In this document: positions 38,457 through 47,399 of the stretch, one piece after another | Layout: each line of letters begins with the position of its first letter | How positions within the stretch are numbered: position 1 is the first letter of the stretch | NCBI GenBank assembly: GCA_963666215.2 | Contig: CAXWPL010000005.1 | Span: forward strand, 96,001-160,000 | Direction of reading: 5' to 3' | Source of the DNA: Acidobacteriota bacterium | GTDB lineage: Bacteria; Acidobacteriota; UBA890; WLXD01 | Length of the DNA stretch: 64,000 nucleotides | Program-made: the position numbers and the translations under genes | The notes under the pieces: generated by a model | Databases searched by the model: none | The model's input: the letters and a program-made list of their open reading frames with translations, nothing else | What the model was told of the DNA's origin: nothing

Positions 38457-39482
38457 CTAGTCTAACGGAGCTAGCGGTGTAGCAACGGCGGGTGCCAGGC
38501 ACTCAGCAACGTAGTCGACCAATCGACTCCAGCGGTGAGACGGATCGGCCGCAGCGCTTTCTGCCGACCGCAGCCGAGACGGCGTGCTGTCGGTCTCGGG
38601 ATCGAACCAGACGGTGGGCGTTTTGTTACGAAACCACGTCATCTGGCGCTTGGCGTAGCGCCTGGTAGCGATCACGATCGCCTCCCGCGCCTGACTCAGC
38701 GTAGTTGCGCCGCGCTCCTGCTCCACGAGCTCGCGATACCCGATCGCCTGCAGTGCATGCGCCTCGGGAGCCACGCCGCGCCGCAGGAGCGCCGCCACTT
38801 CTGCCTGCCAACCAGCGGCCAGCATCTGATCCACGCGCTCCTCGATTCGCCGATAGAGCTCTGGACGAGGCCAATCGAGGCCGACCCAGACTGTGCGGCC
38901 CGGAAGGGGCTGGGCGCGATCACGCAGCAGGCGGCTGAACGGCACCCCCTCCCGCAAGGTGACCTCGAGAGCGCGCAACCGCCTTTGCCGATCGGCGGCG
39001 TCGATGCTCGCTGCCCACACCGGGTCGAGCCGCTGCAGCAGATCGCGAAGGCGCTGGGGACCGCAACGGCTCTCGATCGCGGTTAGCGCCTGTCGCCATC
39101 GTGGCTCGGACGGGGGCAGAACATCCAGACCCTCGATCAGCGCGCGTAGATACAGTCCACTGCCACCCACAATGATCGCCAAGCGGCCACGGCTGCGAAT
39201 GCCGTCGACCGCCGTACGCGCCATGCGAGCGTATTCTCCCGCCGAGCAGGCTGCGTGCGGCTCCAGAACGTCGACGCAATGATGCGGGACACGCTCGAGA
39301 AGCTCGGTCCTCGGTTTCGCGGTGCCGATCTCGAGATGGCGATACAGCTGCAAGGAGTCGGCGGAGACCACTTCGCCTGCAAATCTCTCTGCTAGAGCCA
39401 CGCCAAGCTCGGACTTGCCGCTGGCGGTGGGGCCCACAACAACAACCGCAGCCACGCGGCCGTCGTCCACGGCTTGTATCAA
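38457..39482 (-). CDS. miaA: tRNA dimethylallyltransferase
   Basis: GPTASGKS, SADSLQLYRHLEIGTAKP, VGGSGLYL, AIGYRE, TRRYAKRQMTWF. Confidence 0.96.
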   Translation of the reverse strand: MIQAVDDGRVAAVVVVGPTASGKSELGVALAERFAGEVVSADSLQLYRHLEIGTAKPRTELLERVPHHCVDVLEPHAACSAGEYARMARTAVDGIRSRGRLAIIVGGSGLYLRALIEGLDVLPPSEPRWRQALTAIESRCGPQRLRDLLQRLDPVWAASIDAADRQRRLRALEVTLREGVPFSRLLRDRAQPLPGRTVWVGLDWPRPELYRRIEERVDQMLAAGWQAEVAALLRRGVAPEAHALQAIGYRELVEQERGATTLSQAREAIVIATRRYAKRQMTWFRNKTPTVWFDPETDSTPSRLRSAESAAADPSHRWSRLVDYVAECLAPAVATPLAPLD

Positions 39483-39507
39483 GAGAGCCGGCGGCGCTCG
39501 CGCCCGC

Positions 39508-39936
39508 TCAACGTTCCGCGTTGCCGCGCTCCACCGGAATCATCGGCAGAGCGATGCCCGCGGCACCGCCGCGCCGTAGGGCGTCGATGACGGCGACCCA
39601 GGTGTTGAGATCCACGGAGCCGTCGGCGCGCACGGTGATGCGCTCGCGCTCGGCCTCGCTGAGCGCAGCTATGCGGCTCTCGAGGTCTTCGACGGTTACC
39701 TGCTCGCCTTGCAGTCGCATCGCCCCCTCGGAGGACAACTCGACAACAATCGGCGCCGTGTCGGTTGCGGCGGCTGTCCCCGACTCGGGGAGCTCCAGAT
39801 CCATGCCGGCCTGCTCGAGAAAGGTCGTTGTGACCGCGAAAAAGATCAGCAGCAGGAAGACGATGTCGATGAGCGGAGAGATATCCAGGCGCGCACGCCG
39901 TCGCGCGCGCCCCTCACCGGCAAACAGCGAGCTCAC
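39508..39936 (-). CDS. exbD: ExbD/TolR biopolymer transport protein
   Basis: DISPLIDIVFLLLIFFAVTT, VRADG. Confidence 0.9.
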   Translation of the reverse strand: MSSLFAGEGRARRRARLDISPLIDIVFLLLIFFAVTTTFLEQAGMDLELPESGTAAATDTAPIVVELSSEGAMRLQGEQVTVEDLESRIAALSEAERERITVRADGSVDLNTWVAVIDALRRGGAAGIALPMIPVERGNAER

Positions 39937-40571
39937 ACGCCCTCCCCGGCCGACGACGACGATCCGCCGCGCCTGGCCAGCAGCAGCTTGACCATCTCGA
40001 GGGTCAGGCGTTCCATCTCGAGCACCATCCCCTCGGCGCGGCCAATCAGGAAGTTATACGCGGCCAGCGCCGGAATCGCGATCGCCAGCCCGGTGGCGGT
40101 GGTGATCATCGCCTCTGAGATACCGCCGGCAAGTGCATCGGCCTGCCCCACGCCCTCGCTCGAGATCACTGCGAACACGCGGATCATCCCGAGCACCGTG
40201 CCCAGAAGGCCGAGCAGTGGCGAGATGCTCACGACCGTCTCGAGAATGCCGAGGTAGCGCTCGAGGCGCGGGATCTCCTGCCGACCGGCATCGCGAACCG
40301 CATCGCGGAGCGAATCGCGCGACTCGAATCGGCTCCGCAACGCGGCCAGAACAATGTTATTGAACGGACTCGGGCGACTGAGAGCATACTCCTCGGCGCG
40401 TTCGAATTCGGAGTCGGAGATCAGCTCGCGCAAACGCTCCACGCCAGACTGCGGCAGGACTTTGATCTCGCGCAGGTTGAACAAGCGCTCGACAACGATG
40501 GCCAGGGCGACCACGGAACACAGGGCCAGCGGCACCATCACTGGGCCGCCGCTACGTAGGATCTCGATCAT
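39933..40571 (-). CDS. exbB: MotA/TolQ/ExbB proton-channel protein
   Basis: SPLLGLLGTVLGMI, GGISEAMITTATGLAIAIPA. Confidence 0.9.
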   Translation of the reverse strand: MIEILRSGGPVMVPLALCSVVALAIVVERLFNLREIKVLPQSGVERLRELISDSEFERAEEYALSRPSPFNNIVLAALRSRFESRDSLRDAVRDAGRQEIPRLERYLGILETVVSISPLLGLLGTVLGMIRVFAVISSEGVGQADALAGGISEAMITTATGLAIAIPALAAYNFLIGRAEGMVLEMERLTLEMVKLLLARRGGSSSSAGEGV

Positions 40572-40640
40572 GGTGTTCGTCGGGGTTCCGTTGTCCGGAG
40601 ATCGCTTCTTGTGCGAGCGTTCGCCGCGTAGCCCGCTCGG

Positions 40641-41675
40641 CTACTGCTCCGGCGGGAAGGTTATGGTGTCGGGGTCGAGGTTATAGACGAAACCGATCCG
40701 GCCGTCGATGGTCTCGTAAGGATAGAACGACGGAATGGGCGGCAGCGGGCTCGACAGCTCGAGAGCAAAGGTGGCGGCGCTGTCGTATGCCCCCTGCCCC
40801 GAGCCCCAAACCTGGTCGATCTCGATAATCGCCACCTCGCCGCCGCTCCGGTGCTCGCGACGAATCGACAGTCTCACGAAGGTAGCGCCTCCGATACGAG
40901 TGCGGATCAGCGGCGGGATGTTCCGGCGCCAGTTGAGCTCGATCGTCACGAGCACACGACGGAGATAGTCCCCCAGGTCGTATCCTCGGGTGTCGAAATC
41001 GGCCAGGCCCTGCGGCGCGTCTACGCCGCCGTTCGGATTCGAGAACATCTGCGGATCGACGAACGACTCGAGCCTGGCCAATGAGTTGCTCAGACTCTTG
41101 GGCCGCGGCGGCAGCGGTCGCCTGGGCGGGGTCTCGCTGGGCGACTCTGCGCTCGGTTGAGCGACCGCGTCCGGCGGCTGCCGATCGGCAGGCGCCGGCT
41201 CAGGCCGCTCCGTGGGCTCCGTGTCGCGCGGCTGGGGCGTCGTCACACGCGGTTGGGGCGGCGACCGTTCTGGCGTCGGAGCGGGCGTGGGTTGAGGCGT
41301 CGGTGGTGGCGTCGACGCCGCCGGCGGCGGGCGCAGCACCGCCTGCCGAGTGTTGCCCTCGGCGAACGGGTCCTCGGCATCGTCGCGAGGCGACCTGTCA
41401 CGCGCCTCACGATCGCGATCGGAAAGCACTTCAGTGTCTGGGGGCTCGGGTGGCTCCTCGCGATCCGGCGTATCGACGAAACGGAACTGCAGCGGCTCGC
41501 GCTCGGGCGCCGGTGCAAGCTCCGCGGAATAGAGCATGCCGGGCCACCAGTTGACGACCAATCCGCCTAGCAGGTGGAGTGCCAGCGCAATCACCAGAGC
41601 ACGCTCGAGCGTCATCTGACGCCGGTTCTCGCCCGACTTCCGGCGGAAGCGCTGCCAGACTCGATTGCGTGTCAT
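40641..41675 (-). CDS. TonB/TolA-like energy transducer (TM anchor, Pro-rich linker, TonB C-terminal-like domain)
   Basis: ALVIALALHLLGG anchor (AxxxH), long Pro-rich region, YDSAATFALELSSPLPPIP. Start taken at ATG 41675. Confidence 0.75.
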   Translation of the reverse strand: MTRNRVWQRFRRKSGENRRQMTLERALVIALALHLLGGLVVNWWPGMLYSAELAPAPEREPLQFRFVDTPDREEPPEPPDTEVLSDRDREARDRSPRDDAEDPFAEGNTRQAVLRPPPAASTPPPTPQPTPAPTPERSPPQPRVTTPQPRDTEPTERPEPAPADRQPPDAVAQPSAESPSETPPRRPLPPRPKSLSNSLARLESFVDPQMFSNPNGGVDAPQGLADFDTRGYDLGDYLRRVLVTIELNWRRNIPPLIRTRIGGATFVRLSIRREHRSGGEVAIIEIDQVWGSGQGAYDSAATFALELSSPLPPIPSFYPYETIDGRIGFVYNLDPDTITFPPEQ

Positions 41676-41694
41676 CAAAGGGGCTCGCGAGGGC

Positions 41695-41874
41695 ACGTTC
41701 GGAGCGCAGCAGGTGGCGCGCTCGTAGTCGTGTGCCCTAATGCACCGGCGTGGGAGCCGCCGCCGTCTCTCTTCGGGTTCGCGGCCACGTTTGCTAGGAC
41801 TCCGCGAAGGCCGCCCCGGACGAAGACTCCCTCGAACAAGCAGCGATCGATCCACCACCCGGCGGCATCGACGT
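41695..41874 (-). ncRNA. ssrS: Probable 6S RNA
   Basis: 180-nt rod folded by hand: closing stem ACGUCG/CGAACGU and CGGGUGGUG/CGCCACCUG; large central bubble; inner stem GGGAGUC/GGCUCCC(AC), UCGUC/GACGG, CGGG/CCCG, GCGGCC/GGCCGC. Extended -10 TGCTATCCT at 41882-41890 just upstream. Confidence 0.72.
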
Positions 41875-41934
41875 ATTGGCGAGGATAGCATGGGGCCACG
41901 CCACCCAGCACGGCCGTTAGGCGGCCCACAGACC

Positions 41935-42807
41935 CTATCGGCGGAAGGTGAAGTCGGGGTCAGCGAAGAGCCTTTCGTAGTGCCGGACTCGCCGCATCTC
42001 GAGCTCCGAAAGCGCCCCCACACGCGCCTCCAGCCGCAAAGCGCTGCTGATCCCACGAACGATCGCCGCCGTCGCTTGGCGACGTGATACGCCGCGTCCA
42101 AGGACTTGGGCGAGTCCGATCGAAGCGCCCACCGCCGCCTCTCCCGACGGGCCCAGCGCGCCCCAAAGACGGCCGTCGGGCTGGCCCAGCGGCAACGACC
42201 CGTGCTGCATCAGTCGCCGACGACGGCGACGTTGAGCGCTGCCCAGCAGCTTGGAGGGCTCGAGTCCGTCCCCGGCCACGAGCTCGAAGCGCGCACGCAC
42301 CGCGAAACATGCACCTGGGCGATCACGAAAACCGTCGCCGACACGGTCATCGTCATCCCCTCGCTCGGTGCCTGGCGACCCCGGCGAGCCGGTTGTTTGC
42401 CCGGAACGTTGCACCGCGACGTCTGCGCCGAGCTCGCGTAGGCCGCCCGCGAGACCCTCGGCCAACAGCCGATAGGTGGCGTGAATCCCGCCCGCCAAAC
42501 GACCATCGTCGGAGGGCGCCGACATCGAGTACGTCAGCTCGTCAACGCTGTGCAAGACGGCTCGCCCACCGGTGGTGCGGCGCACGAGGTCGATCCCGAG
42601 TCGGCGTGCCACGCGCGGGTCATAACCTTCGGCCCAAGGCTGGGCGTACCCGAGCGAGACCGTCGGCCGTCTCCACCCGTAAAGCCGCAACGTATACGCG
42701 TATCCCGGGGCCAGCCCATCAAGGAGGGCATCGTCCACCGCCATATTGACTCTGGCCGGCAGTGCTCTCCGCCCGTCGAGGAGAACGCGGAGCCGGAGCG
42801 GGGTCAC
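41935..42807 (-). CDS. Lipoate-protein ligase / octanoyltransferase (LplA/LipM family)
   Basis: NMAVDDALL, LRLYGWRRPTVSLGYAQ, VRRTTGGRAVLH, ACF, KLLGSAQRR, QHGSL; GTGA overlap with ald. Confidence 0.88.
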   Translation of the reverse strand: MTPLRLRVLLDGRRALPARVNMAVDDALLDGLAPGYAYTLRLYGWRRPTVSLGYAQPWAEGYDPRVARRLGIDLVRRTTGGRAVLHSVDELTYSMSAPSDDGRLAGGIHATYRLLAEGLAGGLRELGADVAVQRSGQTTGSPGSPGTERGDDDDRVGDGFRDRPGACFAVRARFELVAGDGLEPSKLLGSAQRRRRRRLMQHGSLPLGQPDGRLWGALGPSGEAAVGASIGLAQVLGRGVSRRQATAAIVRGISSALRLEARVGALSELEMRRVRHYERLFADPDFTFRR

Positions 42808-43916
42808 AGGAGGTCGGTGAGCGCCGTGTGCCCCCGACCCTGCGAGGACGCGACCGGCTCGCAAGTCACATGTCTTCGATAAGTGTTCACGCCCGCGGCC
42901 AGCGCCGGATCTTCGCGACAAGCCCGCTCGAGGCCGAGATCGGCGAGCTTGCTCAGATAGCGCGTCGTAACGTTGGTTAATGCGAACGTCGAGGTCCTCG
43001 GAACCGCTCCGGGCATGTTCGTGACGCCGTAGTGCACCACGCCATCTACCAGGTAGGTCGGCTCGCGGTGGGTTGTGCCGCGCATCGTCTCGATGCATCC
43101 ACCTTGGTCAATCGCCACGTCGACAACAACGCTGCCTTCCTTCATCGCGCTGATCGCCTTGCGAGAGACAACCCTCGGTGCCGACGCACCCGGAATCAGC
43201 ACCGCTCCCACGAGCAGGTCGGCGCGGGTCGCCCAAATCTCCGCTGTCTTCGCCTGCGACATGATCGTGGTCACGCGACCGCCGAACAGGTCGTCGAGGA
43301 ACTGCAGCTGGCGTGGGCTGTTGTCGAGAATCGTGACGTGCGCCCCCATCCCGAGCGCAATGCGTGCTGCGTTGCGTCCCACGATGCCGCCGCCGATGAT
43401 CACCACATCGCCCGGGTTGACGCCAGGCACGCCGCCCAGAAGCACGCCGCGACCGCCTTGAGCTTTCTCGAGAAAGTGTGCGCCCACCTGCACCGCCATC
43501 CGGCCAGCGATCTCACTCATCGGCACGAGCAGCGGCAGCGTCCCGTCCTGCAGCTCGATCGTCTCGTAGGCGATTCCGGTGACCTCGCGTTCGACAAGAG
43601 CATCTGTCAGCTCGGGCAACGGTGCCAGGTGCAGGTAGGTGTAGAGAATCAGGCCGGGCCGCATCAGTTCGCATTCCGAAGCGAGAGGCTCCTTGACCTT
43701 GACGATCAGGTCGGCGGTCTTCCACACCGCCTCAGCTTCCGCCAGGATCTCGGCACCAGCTGCGACGTATTCTTCGTCGGGCAGTCCGCTGCCGATGCCA
43801 GCGCCAGCCTCCACCAGCACGCGATGGCCGCCGGCGGCGAGCGTCAGCGCACCACCCGGCACGAGCCCCACTCGGTTCTCTTGCGGTTTGATCTCCTTGA
43901 CGACGCCGACGATCAT
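42804..43916 (-). CDS. ald: Alanine dehydrogenase
   Basis: [54 protein letters not shown]. Confidence 0.96.
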   Translation of the reverse strand: MIVGVVKEIKPQENRVGLVPGGALTLAAGGHRVLVEAGAGIGSGLPDEEYVAAGAEILAEAEAVWKTADLIVKVKEPLASECELMRPGLILYTYLHLAPLPELTDALVEREVTGIAYETIELQDGTLPLLVPMSEIAGRMAVQVGAHFLEKAQGGRGVLLGGVPGVNPGDVVIIGGGIVGRNAARIALGMGAHVTILDNSPRQLQFLDDLFGGRVTTIMSQAKTAEIWATRADLLVGAVLIPGASAPRVVSRKAISAMKEGSVVVDVAIDQGGCIETMRGTTHREPTYLVDGVVHYGVTNMPGAVPRTSTFALTNVTTRYLSKLADLGLERACREDPALAAGVNTYRRHVTCEPVASSQGRGHTALTDLL

Positions 43917-43972
43917 GCGCGGACTCTCCCTGTGCGACCCGGCAAGCCGGTCGTGCGGATAGCAGAACCGGC

Positions 43973-44314
43973 TCAGTCGGCTTCGGACTCCGAGCGGTTG
44001 GCAGCGCGCATCTCGACGTTTCCTTCGAAGAATGCACCGTCGCCGAAAGCTACCGAGGGGGCACGGATATCGCCCGTGACCTGACCGCTCGTCCCTACCT
44101 CGACCTTCGCAGTGCCAACGGCGTTACCCGTCAAGCGCCCGTTGATCACCACGTGATTGCCGGAAAGGTTGGCTTTGGCGCTGCCTTTTTCGCCGATCGT
44201 GATGTCCCCGTCCACCGAGATCGTGCCATCTACCGAGCCATTGCACTCGAGCGAGCCGGAACCGCGAATCTCACCCACGAGCTTGCAGCTGGGCCCCAGA
44301 ACCGAGGCGCTCAT
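43973..44314 (-). CDS. Bactofilin (polymer-forming cytoskeletal protein)
   Basis: Beta-helix repeats LVGEIRGSGSLECNGSVDGTI...VVINGRLTGN...VTGDIRAPSVAFGDGAFFEGNVEM. Confidence 0.88.
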   Translation of the reverse strand: MSASVLGPSCKLVGEIRGSGSLECNGSVDGTISVDGDITIGEKGSAKANLSGNHVVINGRLTGNAVGTAKVEVGTSGQVTGDIRAPSVAFGDGAFFEGNVEMRAANRSESEAD

Positions 44315-44493
44315 CGCTGGGCGCGCCCAGCGCGCGCGTTGACAAATGAAAACGGAGACCGGTTCGCCATCTGGCTACCTCGATTGATTTTCGGTTTGGA
44401 GTGAGAACTCGCTTCACGGAATCGGCACGCGGCAAGGGCACGCGCCACAACAGTTCCACCACCACAAACAGATCGGGGCGGCGTTCAAGGAAG

Positions 44494-44566
44494 AGCGGGT
44501 AACGGGATTCGAACCCGTGGCCTCAAGCTTGGGAAGCTTGCGCTCTACCAACTGAGCTATACCCGC
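44494..44566 (-). tRNA. tRNA-Gly(CCC)
   Basis: GCGGGTATAGCTCAGTTGGTAGAGCGCAAGCTTCCCAAGCTTGAGGCCACGGGTTCGAATCCCGTTACCCGCT; loop TT-CCC-AA. Confidence 0.95.
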
Positions 44567-44681
44567 GGCCGGCGGACGACACCAGTCGCCGCACGCAGTC
44601 AGCATGCTAGCAACGCGTGCTCTGGACGGTCAACGCGCCGTCGGACCGCCGCGCAGGAAGAAGAATCGACGGTTCGGCTCG

Positions 44682-45848
44682 CTAGAAAGCCGCCTCCCCC
44701 GTCAGCTCCTGGCCGACGATCAGCGTATGAATCTGATGTGTCCCTTCGTAGGTGTAAACCGATTCGAGATTCACCATGTGCCGGAAGGCCTGATACTCAT
44801 CGAGAATCCCGTTGCCGCCCAGAATCTCTCGGCAACGCCGGGCTGTACGCAGAGCCATGGCGACGTTGTTGCGCTTTGCCATCGACACTTGCGACGACGT
44901 CACCGTGCCGGCGTCCTTGAGCATGCCCAGGCGCCAGCAGAGAACTTGTGCTTGGGTGATCTCGGTCGCCATGTTCGTGAGCAGCCGCTGCACCAGCTGC
45001 TTGCTGGCAATCGGCTTGCCGAAAGCAATGCGATTGACCGCATACCTGCGCGCCTCATCAAAGCAGGCTTGAGCCGCGCCGATGACTCCCCAGGCGATGC
45101 CGGCGCGAGCCTGATTCAGGCACATGAGCGGCGACCTGAGGCCATCGCTTCCCGGCAGCAGGTTGGCCTTGGGAATGCGGCAATCCTCCATGACCAGCTC
45201 GGCCGTGTCGGAGGCCCGCAGCGAATACTTCCCCTTTACATGCAGGGCCGTGAAGCCCGGAGAGTCTGCCGGCACGATGAAGCCTCGGACGCGATCGTCG
45301 ACCTTCGCCCAAACGATTGCCAGATGCGCCATGGTGCCGTTGGTGATCCACATCTTCACGCCATTGAGCACCCACTCGTCGCCATCGTCGACGGCGCGAG
45401 TGCGCATCGACCCAGGATCGGAGCCCGCGTCGGGCTCCGTGAGACCGAAGCAGCCAATCGCCGTCCCGGCAGCCATCTGTGGCAACCACTCGCGACGCTG
45501 CTCCTCCGACCCGAACGCGAAGATCGGGTACATACAGAGCGCACCCTGCACCGAGACGAAGGAGCGCACTCCTGAATCGCCGCGCTCGAGCTCCTGCATG
45601 ATCAACCCGTAGGCGGTGTTATCGAGCCCGGCGCAGCCGTACTCCTCCGGTAGATTCGCCCCCAGAACGCCCAGTTCGGCCAGGGGCGCAATGAGCTGTC
45701 GTGGGAACTCGCCCTTGGCCTGATACTCCTCGATGATCGGTAGGCACTTGTCGCTGACAAAACGACGGACGGTGTCACGAATGAGCCGCTGCTCGTCGCT
45801 GAGCAGCTCGTCCATGGCGTAAAAGTCGAGGGCTTCGAACTCCGACAT
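44682..45848 (-). CDS. gcdH: Acyl-CoA dehydrogenase, glutaryl-CoA dehydrogenase-like
   Basis: YGLIMQELERGDSGVRSFVSVQGALCMYPI, GCFGLTEPDAGSDP, SLRASDT, ILGGNGI, NLESVYTYEGTHQIHTLI. Start ATG 45848; the longer ORF-track N-terminus is antisense to iscS. Confidence 0.85.
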   Translation of the reverse strand: MSEFEALDFYAMDELLSDEQRLIRDTVRRFVSDKCLPIIEEYQAKGEFPRQLIAPLAELGVLGANLPEEYGCAGLDNTAYGLIMQELERGDSGVRSFVSVQGALCMYPIFAFGSEEQRREWLPQMAAGTAIGCFGLTEPDAGSDPGSMRTRAVDDGDEWVLNGVKMWITNGTMAHLAIVWAKVDDRVRGFIVPADSPGFTALHVKGKYSLRASDTAELVMEDCRIPKANLLPGSDGLRSPLMCLNQARAGIAWGVIGAAQACFDEARRYAVNRIAFGKPIASKQLVQRLLTNMATEITQAQVLCWRLGMLKDAGTVTSSQVSMAKRNNVAMALRTARRCREILGGNGILDEYQAFRHMVNLESVYTYEGTHQIHTLIVGQELTGEAAF

Positions 45849-46106
45849 TGCGAGACTTTCTCCGGCGGCTTGGCGCGATCGACGAGAGAATCTGAGGATG
45901 CCGTGGCCGCGATGCGTGCGGCGGCAACGGCGTGCAGACAAGCACGGCCGAGGAGCTCCCAGAGTTCCTCGCCGGGGCAGTTTTGCACACGTCAAGCTAC
46001 CACGTGGCATGCTCCTGCAATGAGCAATTCGAGCGCTTCGACGGGCACGGCCAGCGAGCTGCGCGACGATTATGCGGCACCGGCCCGGCCCCCGAGAACG
46101 CGGCCG

Positions 46107-47399
46107 ATGACCGGCAACGACTCCGTGGACCGCGCCGTCTATCTCGACTACAACGCCACCGCTCCGCTTGCGCCTTCTGTGGCGGCAGCAATGCAGCCGT
46201 GGATGCTGCCCAACGCCGCCAACCCTGGCGCGGTCCACCAGTATGGTCGCGCGGCTCGCGCGGCAACCGAGCACGCGCGCGCTCAGGTGGCCGAATTCTG
46301 TGGACTCGACCGAAGTCGACTCACCTCGGGCGCCGATCAGGTGGTGTTCACCAGCGGCGGCACCGAGGCCGACAACATGGCGCTCTGGGGCTGCCTCGGA
46401 TGGCCGCCCCGCGGCCACCTGGTGATCTCGGCGGTCGAGCATCCTGCCATCGCCGAGCCCTGCGAGGCACTCACCGCACTTGGCGTGGAGGTGAGCGTAG
46501 TTGGCGTCGATCACTCCGGGCGCGTGCGCCTCGACGAGCTCGCCGACGCCCTGCGGGCCGACACACGGCTGGTGTCGGTGATGGCCGCCAACAACGAGGT
46601 CGGCACGCTGCAGCCAATCCGAGAGGTCTGCCGCATCGCCCACGACGCCGGAGCGCGGGTCCATTGTGATGCGGTCCAGGCAGGCTCCTGGATCGACCTC
46701 GGCACCGACCTCGACGAGGTTGATCTGCTGAGCGTGACGGCACACAAGATGGGCGGGCCACCGGGGATCGGCGCGCTTGTGCTGCGTGACTCTGCCGCCA
46801 TTTCACTGCAGCCCATTCTGCGCGGGGGCGGGCAGCAGGGCGGACACCGCGGTGGCACCGAGCCCACGGCTCTCATCGTCGGCATGGGCGCCACGTGCGA
46901 GCGGGCGGTGCGGAGACACGGCGAGGAATCGGCGCGCGTCGGTGCGCTGAGTCGGCGCCTCTGCGCCGAGCTGACAGCGCGAGTCCCCGACTGCTACCCG
47001 ACGTGCCCGGATCCCGAGCTCCGGCTGCCCAACACGGTCCACCTGTGTTTCGACGACTGCAACGGCGCGGTTCTCGTGGCGAGGCTCGATCTCGACGGCA
47101 TCTCTGCGTCGGCAGGATCGGCCTGTGCCAGCGGGCTTGCACACGCTTCGCCGGTACTCTCGGCCATGGGAATCTCGCCCTCCCGGGCCGCGGGCTCGCT
47201 GCGCCTGTCGCTCGGCTACGGCAACACCGAGGCCGATATCGATCGGGCCATCGACATCATTCCTGACGCCGTCAAGGAGATCCGCTCAGCCCTGCGAGCC
47301 AACGGCGCCTCGAACCGACCCACCGTCGACACCTCGTCGCCTGCGGCGCCGGCCGCCGAGAGAGATGCGGAGCCGGGTCACGAGGAGGCGGCACGATGA
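46107..47399 (+). CDS. iscS: Cysteine desulfurase (IscS/NifS class)
   Basis: YLDYNATAP, FTSGGTEADN, ANNEVGTLQP, HCDAVQA, TAHKMGGP, SAGSACASG. Confidence 0.9.
   Translation: MTGNDSVDRAVYLDYNATAPLAPSVAAAMQPWMLPNAANPGAVHQYGRAARAATEHARAQVAEFCGLDRSRLTSGADQVVFTSGGTEADNMALWGCLGWPPRGHLVISAVEHPAIAEPCEALTALGVEVSVVGVDHSGRVRLDELADALRADTRLVSVMAANNEVGTLQPIREVCRIAHDAGARVHCDAVQAGSWIDLGTDLDEVDLLSVTAHKMGGPPGIGALVLRDSAAISLQPILRGGGQQGGHRGGTEPTALIVGMGATCERAVRRHGEESARVGALSRRLCAELTARVPDCYPTCPDPELRLPNTVHLCFDDCNGAVLVARLDLDGISASAGSACASGLAHASPVLSAMGISPSRAAGSLRLSLGYGNTEADIDRAIDIIPDAVKEIRSALRANGASNRPTVDTSSPAAPAAERDAEPGHEEAAR

Noticed and set aside
46005-46019. Sigma54-like TGGCATGCTCCTGCA upstream of iscS
   Set aside because: GG-to-GC spacing is 9 nt rather than the required 10.
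45849-46745. Apparent 687-aa acyl-CoA dehydrogenase with a long N-terminal extension
   Set aside because: The extension is the antisense of iscS; the dehydrogenase motifs begin at MSEFEA (45848).
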